Assembly: GCA_964388035.1 (NCBI GenBank) | Contig: CAYLZE010000032.1 | Location: forward strand, 1-46,247 | Direction: 5' to 3' | Source of the DNA: an uncultured archaeon | Lineage (GTDB): Archaea; Asgardarchaeota; Lokiarchaeia; Sigyniarchaeales; SOKP01 | DNA: 46,247 bases | Part shown: positions 1 through 8,812 of the stretch, in pieces | Layout of the letters: each line of letters opens with the position of its first letter | How positions within the stretch are numbered: position 1 is the first letter of the stretch | The notes under the pieces: generated by a model | Told to the model about the DNA's origin: nothing | The model's database searches: none | The model's input: the letters and a program-made list of their open reading frames with translations, nothing else | Program-made: the position numbers and the translations under genes

Positions 1-185
1 GAGAGTTGCAGAAACTTGGAAATTTCGATACGAAGACGTCGAGCTGGGTGAAAACACCTTCTAATATTAGAAATCTCGGTGGTGCCATCTTTTGCGATCG
101 CCGCTACGACCATGTCTTTGTGTATCATAATAGTGCACCCTCTTTCTATAGCGTTAGGGGGTTCCGTGGCTCGCTAAGGGTTTGA
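1..185 (+). CDS. DUF4256-family protein, 3' end only (truncated by window edge)
   Basis: Frame from nt 3 reads ELQKLGNFDTKTSSWVKTPSNIRNLGGAIFCDRRYDHVFVYHNSAPSFYSVRGFRGSLRV, with TGA at 183-185. It matches the C-terminus of the mainly bacterial DUF4256 family as I recall it. Not in the ORF track. Confidence 0.75.
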   Translation, partial: ELQKLGNFDTKTSSWVKTPSNIRNLGGAIFCDRRYDHVFVYHNSAPSFYSVRGFRGSLRV

Positions 186-419
186 ATTTGGACTTTGATT
201 TTTCTTATTAAATTAGATTTGATGATGGGAGGGAAATCGATTGCCTTAACATCATCGTAATAATAGAATAAGGTCTAAAATGTTGAATAAAATTAATCAT
301 GTCATGTGTAGATCGAACCTTCTATAAAAATTGCAAAAATATCTAAATTCTATATCATTAGTCTTTAATGGACTAAACTAAATATGAAAATATCTCTTAA
401 CTATTACTTTTAAATTAAA

Positions 420-1346
420 ATGTATTTTGTAGAACAATTAATCCAACAGATTAAAGATAAGAAAAGTGTTGTCTGCATGGGACTCGATCCTAGAATCGGT
501 AATGAAGGGCAGATCCCATCATATTTAACCGAAGAACTTCAAGAACCAAATGAGGTTATTAAAGAATTTAACAAGATTTTGATTGAAAGTGTACATGAAT
601 TAATCCCTGTAATTAAACCCCAGATAGCGTTTTATGAGAAGTATGATGCTTTAGACGCCTTGAAGGAAACCATTAAATTTGCCCATAAAATGGATTTGCT
701 AGTGATTTTAGATTCAAAACGGAATGATATCGGTTCTACTTCTGAGGCATATGCCTCCTCCACTTTTGAGGTATATGGGGTAGACGCATGCACTTTAAAT
801 GCTTATTTGGGTTCTGATGGAATTACACCTTACCTTAAATATAAGGATAAGGGATTGTTTATTTTAGTAAAAACGTCAAATCCAAGTAGCACAGAATTCC
901 AAGACCTTTTTAGTATAAGATTGAATGAGGTTGCCAATGATAGTACCAAAGTAACTCTCGCAAATGTTGAATTAGAAAGGAATTACATCCAAATGGCACG
1001 ATTAGTAAATGAATGGGCTTTGGATGCTAATTTAGACACTTTTTTCTCATTCCACAATATGGGCGTGGTTGTAGGCGCGACATTTTTGGAAGAATTAAAA
1101 GCAATTAGAAGAATTGTACCGCATTCTTTTATTTTAATGCCGGGATTTGGGGCACAAGGAGCGACAGTCAACGCTATTAAACATGGATTTAATGAAAATG
1201 GGTTAGGAGGCATTGTTAATTCGTCAAGGGATATAATTTATGCTTATCATCAATCTCAAAAATTTGCCCCCAAGGATTTTGGAAAAGCAGCCAGAGAAAA
1301 AATCCTTAGCATGAATAAGGAAATAAATCGGGCAATTGGATTATAA
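420..1346 (+). CDS. pyrF: Orotidine-5'-phosphate decarboxylase
   Basis: CMGLDP, IKPQIAFYE, catalytic DSKRNDIGST, LVKTSNP, GVVVGAT, LMPGFGAQG and VNSSRDI motifs. Confidence 0.95.
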   Translation: MYFVEQLIQQIKDKKSVVCMGLDPRIGNEGQIPSYLTEELQEPNEVIKEFNKILIESVHELIPVIKPQIAFYEKYDALDALKETIKFAHKMDLLVILDSKRNDIGSTSEAYASSTFEVYGVDACTLNAYLGSDGITPYLKYKDKGLFILVKTSNPSSTEFQDLFSIRLNEVANDSTKVTLANVELERNYIQMARLVNEWALDANLDTFFSFHNMGVVVGATFLEELKAIRRIVPHSFILMPGFGAQGATVNAIKHGFNENGLGGIVNSSRDIIYAYHQSQKFAPKDFGKAAREKILSMNKEINRAIGL

Positions 1347-1358
1347 TTTTTAGTTTTT

Positions 1359-1769
1359 CTAAAAGATATTGTTGATGGTATTTCCAATCAAGATTCCAAA
1401 AATAAGTGTAGGAATTACGAAAAATAAGAACACTACTGCAGTTCTTTGCAATCCGAGCTTATGTAGTATATTAATGAGATTAAAATCAATAAACAATGCC
1501 AATATAATAAAAAGAGTTAATTGGGGGGCATAGGACATGTTCCAGTTTTCTGCTACTCCAAATAGTAATATGGGTATAAATAATAAGAAAATGGTGCCAA
1601 TTTGGGCGAAAACACTAATAATAACAAAGTATATACTTTTTCGCTCCCGTGCTTTGACGATGAGAAGCCCAATTTTAAAAACAATTATTACAGTTATGAG
1701 ATATAAGGGAATCAGAACGAATAATGGCGATAATCTAAAAATATCCTCTTGGAATATAATAAATAACAT
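1359..1769 (-). CDS. Small integral membrane protein (about 4 TM), function unknown
   Basis: 136-aa ORF with four hydrophobic segments, convergent with pyrF. Confidence 0.7.
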   Translation of the reverse strand: MLFIIFQEDIFRLSPLFVLIPLYLITVIIVFKIGLLIVKARERKSIYFVIISVFAQIGTIFLLFIPILLFGVAENWNMSYAPQLTLFIILALFIDFNLINILHKLGLQRTAVVFLFFVIPTLIFGILIGNTINNIF

Positions 1770-1957
1770 GCTTATCCAAACTCGATTATTTCATATTTTT
1801 TACTTATATTTCTAATATACAAAATTAAAAATTTAAAATTAATTAGTTTAGTCAGATGCCTATTTAATTAAAAATTAATAGGCATGTGTATTTTGTTTAA
1901 TTAGGTATATTTTAATAAAGGAGGAATATATAAAAATACAATAGGAAATATTTGACA

Positions 1958-3919
1958 ATGGTAGATACAGAGAATAATGAAGAAATTCGAATTTTCGTTG
2001 CTGTCTGTGAATGAGGCATCAATATCGCTGAGATTATTGATTCTAAAGCTTTAGCCGAGTTTGCAAAAACATTACCTAATGTTGTGGGAGCCGAACATTA
2101 TCTAAGCTTATGCACGGAACCGGGAGCAGAATTCATTAAAGAGAACGTGGAAAAGTCGGGTGCAAATAGGGTCATTGTTGCAGCTTGCACTCCCAAAACG
2201 CATGAGCCCGTGTTTCAGAGCGTCTTAGAGTCCATGAACATGGATCCCTCCTATTTGGAATTTGTCAATATTAGAGAACATTCCAGTTTTGTACATCGAA
2301 ATGATAAGGAAGGTGCTCAAAGAGTAGCACAAGATGCGATAAAGTCCGCCGTAGCAAGAGCTTCCGTTTTAGAGAAAGTTTTGGTTAAAAAGGTAGAAGT
2401 TACTCAAGAAGCTTTAGTAATTGGCGGGGGCGTGGCGGGCCTGACTGCTGCAATAGATTTAGCCAATCAAGGATTTAAAGTTCATTTAGTAGAAAAAAGT
2501 CCGACTATTGGCGGAAAAATGGCCATGCTGGATCGTACTTTCCCAACGGATGATTGCAGCATATGAATTCTCGGTCCCGTGATGCTTGAATCAGCTCGAA
2601 CCGAAGGTGTGCACATGTATACTTATAGTGAGGTTGAAGATGTTCAAGGATTTGTGGGCAATTTCATTGTTACCATTAGGAAAAAAGCACGCTATGTAAC
2701 CGATGATTGTAATGGATGTGGAGCGTGTACTGAAGTATGCCCCGCATATGGAGCTAACGAGTTTAATCAAGGTTTAAATCCCCGTAAAGCAATATATGTA
2801 GCCTTTGCTCAAGCAGTTCCTTCAAAAGCTCAAATTGATATGACAAGATGCATAAAATGCGGAATATGCCAAGGTGTTTGTGAACTCAAGGCGGTGGACT
2901 TCAATCAGAAAGATGAAATCATAAAAAAAGATGTTGGTTCTATCGTTATCGCAACAGGATGGGATGAGTATGAGCCCCCTACGGGATATTTAGGGTATGA
3001 CGTATATCCGAATGTCATCACGCAGATGAAATTAGAACGAATCTTAGCTCCAAATGGTCCTACTGTCGGGCATCTTGTAAGACCCTCTGATGGGAAGAGA
3101 CCAAAGAGGATTTTATTCATTCAATGTGTGGGTTCCCGGGATTTGAACAAAAATGCTTATTGCAGTTCGGGAGTATGTTGCATGATCTCCATAAAAAACT
3201 CAAAACTAATAAAGCAGCATTATCCGGACACGGAAATTAGCGTGGCATACATGGATATTAGAGCAGCAGGAAAGGATTACGAGGAATATTATACTGCTTC
3301 CCGTAAAGAGGGTATAAAGTATATCAGGACCAACGTTTCCAAAATTGATGAAGACCCGGAAACTCATAATCTTAGGATAATTCTACAAAATACATTAGGT
3401 TCCGGCGGTTTAAAAGTGGAGGAATTTGACTTGGTTGTTCTATCAGCGGCGTTAGTACCTCCAAAAGGAATCGAAAATTTACAGAAGATGTTAAAACTCG
3501 AAACAAGCAGGGATGGATTCTTTAAAGAATTTCATTCTCGGCTCAATCCAATTGATACCAAAATCCCCGGAATTGTATTAGCAGGCGTGGCACAAGGTCC
3601 CAAATCTATTGCTGAAGCGATTGCCCAAGGAAGAGCGGCTGCTTCTTCTTTAGCGCGACTTATGATTAAAGGGAAATATGAAATAAAACTGATTCGAGCT
3701 ACCGTAGATAAGGAAAAATGTTCTACATGCGGATTATGCGAATTAAATTGCCCATATAATGCGATTACCACCGAAACAGAAGGAGCAGAAGTGAATGAAA
3801 TCTTATGCCGGGGTTGCGGAGCTTGTTTAGCAGAGTGCCCATCGGAAGCCATCTCTCTCAGATATTATCGAGAACCACAATATGAAAAACAAATTGATGC
3901 TATTTTAGAAGAATTTTAA
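1958..3919 (+). CDS. hdrA: Heterodisulfide reductase subunit A, selenoprotein (653 aa; Sec at codons 19 and 203)
   Basis: ATG 1958 opens MVDTENNEEIRIFVAVCE-TGA(2012-2014)-GINIAEIID. This is in frame with track ORF 2084..2566, whose TGA (2564-2566, FPTDDCSI-U-ILGP) continues in frame into ORF 2579..3919. Both TGAs fall at conserved HdrA Cys positions (CxCG and CSxC). FAD motif GGGVAG, ferredoxin CxxCxxCxxxC motifs and QCVGSRD are present. Confidence 0.95.
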
Positions 3920-3920
3920 A

Positions 3921-3927
3921 GAGGTAA
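3921..3927 (+). promoter_or_regulatory. Shine-Dalgarno site for mvhD
   Basis: GAGGTAA ends 5 nt before ATG 3933 and lies directly after the hdrA stop. Confidence 0.7.
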
Positions 3928-3932
3928 TTAAA

Positions 3933-4403
3933 ATGACGGAAGATGACATGAAAATCGTAGGTTTTTTATGTTGGAAATGAGGATATGGCGGAGCAGATAT
4001 GGCAGGTACCATTAGAGCTCAATATCCCGCAACCTTGAGACCGATTCGAGTAAATTGCACGGGAAGAGTAACTCCCAATCTAATATTGCGTGCAATCTCT
4101 AAAGGAGCTGATGGCGTAGTTATTGCCGGATGATACCCGGGAGAATGCGATTATGATACTGGTAATTATATAGCAAGGAAGAATGTAGAATATTCCCGTG
4201 AAATTTTAAAAACTGTAGGAATTTCACCCGAACGGATCCAATTATTTTGGTGTTCTGCGGCTGAAGGACAGGTTTTTCAACAAAACATTCAAAAAATCAC
4301 GGACATGATCAGAAAATTAGGCAGCAATCCTTTTAAAGGGTCCTTGGCAATTGATAAGGCAAAAGAGGACTCTAAAAAAAAGGAAAAACAAAAAGCCGTG
4401 TAG
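3933..4403 (+). CDS. mvhD: MvhD/VhuD/FlpD [2Fe-2S] hydrogenase delta subunit, selenoprotein (156 aa; Sec at codons 16 and 67)
   Basis: Reads MTEDDMKIVGFLCWK-TGA(3978-3980)-GYGGADMAG...IRVNCTGRV...GADGVVIAG-TGA(4131-4133)-YPGECDY...WCSAAEG...KQKAV, ending at TAG 4401-4403. Both TGAs occupy MvhD Cys-ligand positions. Missed by the ORF track. Confidence 0.95.
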
Positions 4404-4443
4404 TATGACTCTTGTGAAAAAATCTTAGTCACAAGAAGACTGC
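4400..4443 (+). promoter_or_regulatory. Eukaryote-like SECIS element (kink-turn stem-loop) 3' of hdrA-mvhD
   Basis: GUAG(4400-4403) pairs with CUGC(4440-4443), followed by a 3-nt bulge UAU and tandem G.A/A.G pairs (AUGA 4405-4408 with GA 4438-4439). Above this sit the 8-bp stem UCUUGUGA(4410-4417)/UCACAAGA(4429-4436) and an A-rich apical loop. Confidence 0.85.
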
Positions 4444-4469
4444 CTTGCGTAGGTAACGGTTCTTTCACA

Positions 4470-4500
4470 ATTTTTTTATGCTTTTTTTAATTTTTATTCT
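4470..4500 (+). terminator. Oligo-T terminator region of the hdrA-mvhD operon
   Basis: Successive T7, T7 and T5 runs just downstream of the SECIS. Confidence 0.5.
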
Positions 4501-4536
4501 TTAATTCTTATCTTATTTTAAATACCTTGAAGGAAA

Positions 4537-5832
4537 ATGGGAAAAGATCCTAACGAGCTTTATGAAAAAGGAAAATTACTTTACAAGGCAAAACAGTTTA
4601 AAAAAGCAGGTAAATTTTTCTCCAACGCGGGAGAAGAATTTGAAAGTTTAAACGATTTTGAATCCGGAAAACGGAGTTATATTAAAGGAGCTCAAGCTTA
4701 TTTAGAAAAAGATGAATTTTTAAAAAGTATTCAACTTCTTAGAAAAGCCAGTCATGTATCTATTTTAAAAGATCAATTTAAAGAAGCTCTTGAAATTTTT
4801 CATAAAGCAATAATGATTGGATCCAAATTAGAAAAAGTTAAAGAACGAGATGAAATGCAACTTTTATTCACTACCTTTTCTTTCTTGAGTTATTTTCTAA
4901 TTGGAGAGTATGATAAAGGAATCCTTGCAGTAAAAAAAGCAAAAAAGGTAGTAGATGACAACTATTTTAAGGAAAACGATTTTATCCAATTGATAAAAGA
5001 CTTCTTGATCATCATAAAAAATCAAAACTTGAATTACTTGAAGAAAGTTGAGAGTGAAATTCCTCCTTATGATTTCTTGGAGGGAGAAAATAAATTAATT
5101 AAAACGGCCATAATTATCGCAAAAATATTTCTTCTTCTAAAGTCCGAAGTAGAATATGATAAAGAGGTTTACACCACTAATGATATCATGCATTTAAAAA
5201 TCTCCCTTGATTTATCAATTATTCGTGAACTTTCGAATGATAAATTAAATGATTTTAAATGTAATGAAATAAAAATTACAAAATTCAACCTCCAATTAAC
5301 AAGTAATTTTACCACTCATGAAAAACCAGAAGTCCCCATCTTTTTGGACTTAACACGCGAAAATACGGTGAATTTTGTTATCAAACCTCATTTTCAAGTG
5401 GAGAAATCGCAAATTGGACCAATTACTTTTACTTTCCTAATAGATGACATGTTCCTTTTTAATCACGATATCATGCCCTTGACTCCAAAATTGATATCTC
5501 CGCCTCCTGCCTTAACATTCTCTGCGAAAAATCTCAGGCCCCCTTTAATCGATCAAACTTTTCCACTACAGATCTTGGTGGAAAATACCAGCGAAGGAGA
5601 TGCCCTCGATTTAAACCTGTCAGTATCTTTACCCGATCAGCTTAAATTAATCCGTGGAACTCTTGAAAAAAATGTATATTCCTTAAATTCTAATGAAAGT
5701 ATCTCTTGGGAACTTCAATTAAGACCAATTGAAACCGGTGATTTTGAGATTAAAATGATGGTGTTATTCAAAGATCCTGATGGGAATTCTATTGAGAATG
5801 TTGAGCATTTTCCTATATCAATCAAGTTATGA
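4537..5832 (+). CDS. TPR/alpha-solenoid protein with C-terminal Ig-like beta-sandwich domains
   Basis: N-terminal helical repeats (YEKGKLLYKAKQFKKAGKFF...) and a beta-rich C-terminus (LQILVENTSEGDALDLNLSVSLP...SLNSNESISWELQLRPIETGDF). No signal peptide seen. Confidence 0.6.
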   Translation: MGKDPNELYEKGKLLYKAKQFKKAGKFFSNAGEEFESLNDFESGKRSYIKGAQAYLEKDEFLKSIQLLRKASHVSILKDQFKEALEIFHKAIMIGSKLEKVKERDEMQLLFTTFSFLSYFLIGEYDKGILAVKKAKKVVDDNYFKENDFIQLIKDFLIIIKNQNLNYLKKVESEIPPYDFLEGENKLIKTAIIIAKIFLLLKSEVEYDKEVYTTNDIMHLKISLDLSIIRELSNDKLNDFKCNEIKITKFNLQLTSNFTTHEKPEVPIFLDLTRENTVNFVIKPHFQVEKSQIGPITFTFLIDDMFLFNHDIMPLTPKLISPPPALTFSAKNLRPPLIDQTFPLQILVENTSEGDALDLNLSVSLPDQLKLIRGTLEKNVYSLNSNESISWELQLRPIETGDFEIKMMVLFKDPDGNSIENVEHFPISIKL

Positions 5833-6041
5833 CGACTTGATTTGATATAATATAGTTCAATACTATCAGTTCAAAGTAATAATATATAGTATGTCATGCA
5901 TTGAAGTTATTTTTTAAAAAAATTTTTTCAAGTATTTTATATTTATTCAGAGTGTGAGCTTAAGTTTTTCTCCTATTTTATATTAGGAAAAGCTGATTGA
6001 ACTTTTATTCAAATTACCTTGATTATTCCCGTTATATTAAC

Positions 6042-7535
6042 ATGGCTTTAACTCCCGAGGCAATCTATAATGATTTTCAAAAGGACATATTAGATAAAGA
6101 TACCGCCGAGGATCTACTCTTATCATTAATAGAGAATGTAGAAAATCCTCAAACCCGTATTTCTTGCATTAAATATCTAAGTGCGTTAAAATCTCGAAAT
6201 ATTAGAGTATATAAGATTTTAGAAAACATCTGCATATCTGATTTAAGCGATGAAATTCGAATACATGCTTTACAATCGCTAAGTGATCTATTCTATGATA
6301 AAGTGCTTCAATTAATGAAATGGTTATTGCATCATGAAAAATCGTTAAAAGTGATCCTCTCAATTATCCGAATTTTAGGAAATTTCAAATCCAGTGAAAC
6401 GCGCAGCATTTTATTAAAAAAGTTCGAAGAAATCGGTAAGAAAAAATATAAGTATAATATCAAGAATTTTACTGGGAAGAATGATATTGAAGATCTTACA
6501 GATAATGAATTAAGTGAAATTTTAATTAATTATTACATCATATCTACTCTAAAACTAAAGTTGGGGTATTTAAAATTTGAGCCAAATGAAATGGGCTCAA
6601 TAATCACCTTGGATTTATCTAGTGTGGGTTATCAAGGATTAGCAATAAATACATTAACGAACGCTCTTGATTCAATATTTTCGCTTTCAAATTTAAAGAA
6701 GCTTAACTTAAGCAATAATCTTCTAAGAGCTATTCCCGAGAATATGGGTCAATTTAATGCCATCGAAGATATAAATTTGAGCTACAACAATCTTTCAATT
6801 TTGCCTGATGCAATTTCATATTTTGGAAATTTAAAAATTCTAAACTTAAAATCTAATCATTTAAGAGTGCTACCGTCAACCATGGGGGAATTGAAATCCC
6901 TTGAAATTTTAATTTTAAGGGATAATATTTTAAAAGAAATTCCCGATTCCATTGGCTTGCTTGTTTTACTCCATGTATTAGATTTACACCATAATCAACT
7001 TTTTAGTTTGCCCAATATATTTGATAATCTGGAATTACTTAACAATCTGGAATTAGGTTGGAATAATTTCAGAATGGTATCCGACAGTATCAAGAAAATT
7101 AAAAATCTATCGGAATTGAGTTTAGGGAGAAATAATATAACTGAGATCCCGAATTGGGTAAAAGAAATTCAGTATCTCAGGAAATTGGAATTGTATGATA
7201 ATAACATTACGGATTTACCCCACTTACCACCTAATTTAGAACATTTAAATTTAAGGAATAATCCCTTTACAAAACTCCCAGATACATTATTATCTCTTAA
7301 ATCGTTGAAAAGCTTGAATCTAAGCTGGAATAAATTAACATTTCTTCCCGATTGGATTGACTCTTTGCCTTCCCTTGAGGTTTTAAACCTATGGGGGAAT
7401 AAAATAGAAGACATACCCGAATCGATAGAAGAATTAAAAAATATCAAGGTAATCTACCTTAACTTGAATAAGATCAAGAAATTAACTCCTTCCTTGCAAA
7501 AGTTAAGGGAACGTGGATGCGAAGTAAAACTATAG
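6042..7535 (+). CDS. HEAT-like + leucine-rich repeat protein
   Basis: About 12 LxxLxLxxNxLxxLP repeats follow a helical N-terminal domain. ATG 6042 (MALTPEAI) is preferred over TTG 5997 by comparison with the paralogue N-termini METSPQK and MEQNSPK. Confidence 0.85.
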   Translation: MALTPEAIYNDFQKDILDKDTAEDLLLSLIENVENPQTRISCIKYLSALKSRNIRVYKILENICISDLSDEIRIHALQSLSDLFYDKVLQLMKWLLHHEKSLKVILSIIRILGNFKSSETRSILLKKFEEIGKKKYKYNIKNFTGKNDIEDLTDNELSEILINYYIISTLKLKLGYLKFEPNEMGSIITLDLSSVGYQGLAINTLTNALDSIFSLSNLKKLNLSNNLLRAIPENMGQFNAIEDINLSYNNLSILPDAISYFGNLKILNLKSNHLRVLPSTMGELKSLEILILRDNILKEIPDSIGLLVLLHVLDLHHNQLFSLPNIFDNLELLNNLELGWNNFRMVSDSIKKIKNLSELSLGRNNITEIPNWVKEIQYLRKLELYDNNITDLPHLPPNLEHLNLRNNPFTKLPDTLLSLKSLKSLNLSWNKLTFLPDWIDSLPSLEVLNLWGNKIEDIPESIEELKNIKVIYLNLNKIKKLTPSLQKLRERGCEVKL

Positions 7536-7574
7536 TTCAGGTCAAAAATTCTGCAAAAAGTTAAGATTAATTTG

Positions 7575-8714
7575 TTATATTAAAAGTGGATCCTTAGGAG
7601 CTTGAGTCACTCGTTCGCATTTTTCTTTTTTAATGATAACATCATCTTCGATTCGAATTCCCCATTCATTTTCCCAATATAATCCCGGCTCATTGCTATA
7701 AACCATATTTTCAACTAAAATCTCATCTTTTGAAACATTTTGGCTTATTCTAGGCCCCACATCATGGACTTGGAATCCAATGGAATGCCCTAATCCATGG
7801 AAAAACAACTTTTCATGATCATAACCTGAGTTTGCCAGAGATTCTCGACATTTAATTGCGGGAAGATTACTTTGCATCCCATCAATGTAATATTTTAGGG
7901 AGTTTTCTTTTGATTCATTAAGGGCTGAATATGCTTTCAAAAACTTTTCCGATGGAGCGCCTCCAATCCAATACGTCCAAGTAATATCAGAGCACATCTG
8001 GTTTACTCGCATTCCCGTATCAATAAGTAATACTCCTTCTTTGATTTTTTGTTGACTAGAATTATGATGCGGATCAGCCGAATTCGCTCCTGTTGCCACG
8101 ATGGTGTCAAAAGAAGGCTCCCCTAATTTCAAATACTCGTAATCTAACCTTGCCTTAACTTCTCGTTCTGTCATTGAGATTTTTACCCAGTCGGGAATAT
8201 CGTTTAAAATTTCCATTGTAATTTTACATGTTTCTCGTAAATCATCCAAATCACTTACAGACTTAATGCTCCGAAGTTTATATATGATTGGTGCAGCAGA
8301 AAAAAACTCCGTTTTGGATGTGATGGATTTTAAAGATAGATAATCGCCTAAATGAATGCAATCCGCATATTCTGTATTCTGGGACGTATTTAATATTTCT
8401 CCATAATTTAAAGCAATTCGTTTTTGATCTACTACCGTGCCCAATTTTGATTTTAGGTCCGAAATACTTGAATAGGATTCTATTCTACAGGAAACATTTT
8501 GTTCTTCTAATGATTTTTTTATCATTGGATTCTCCATTGGAGTACCAATGACAATGTGATTACCATTAGCAGCTATATATATGTAATGACGAGCATGAGC
8601 TTTAACCCCAAGCATGAATGGAGAATGGATATCGCTATCCTCGTTGCAAATAATAAGCCACCCATCATAATTCAAATCTTGTAATATTTCCTGCGCTATA
8701 CTAAATTTGTTCAT
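7575..8714 (-). CDS. M24 family Xaa-Pro aminopeptidase/prolidase
   Basis: PHH, LIDTG, SDITWT, HGLGHSIGFQVHD, NEPGLY and GIRIEDD metal-ligand motifs. Confidence 0.92.
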   Translation of the reverse strand: MNKFSIAQEILQDLNYDGWLIICNEDSDIHSPFMLGVKAHARHYIYIAANGNHIVIGTPMENPMIKKSLEEQNVSCRIESYSSISDLKSKLGTVVDQKRIALNYGEILNTSQNTEYADCIHLGDYLSLKSITSKTEFFSAAPIIYKLRSIKSVSDLDDLRETCKITMEILNDIPDWVKISMTEREVKARLDYEYLKLGEPSFDTIVATGANSADPHHNSSQQKIKEGVLLIDTGMRVNQMCSDITWTYWIGGAPSEKFLKAYSALNESKENSLKYYIDGMQSNLPAIKCRESLANSGYDHEKLFFHGLGHSIGFQVHDVGPRISQNVSKDEILVENMVYSNEPGLYWENEWGIRIEDDVIIKKEKCERVTQAPKDPLLI

Positions 8715-8812
8715 GATTTTCTTATTTCCTCTTGATTTTATCTAAAGATAACATGCTAATAATAATCTACTATTTCTAAACAAGGTGAATTTGAAAGAAA
8801 ATAATGAAGTAA

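Noticed and set aside
220-257. Hairpin containing ATGA as a SECIS
   Set aside because: The ATGA is Watson-Crick paired with no tandem G.A, and the visible upstream gene has no internal UGA.
2084-3919. hdrA as two genes or a nonsense pseudogene, as in the ORF track
   Set aside because: The breaks are TGA only, at Cys positions, and a SECIS lies downstream.
5829-5880. ATGA-starting imperfect hairpin at the end of 4537..5832 as a SECIS or Sec codon
   Set aside because: No opposing GA pair in K-turn register, and readthrough would add only a few residues before TAA.
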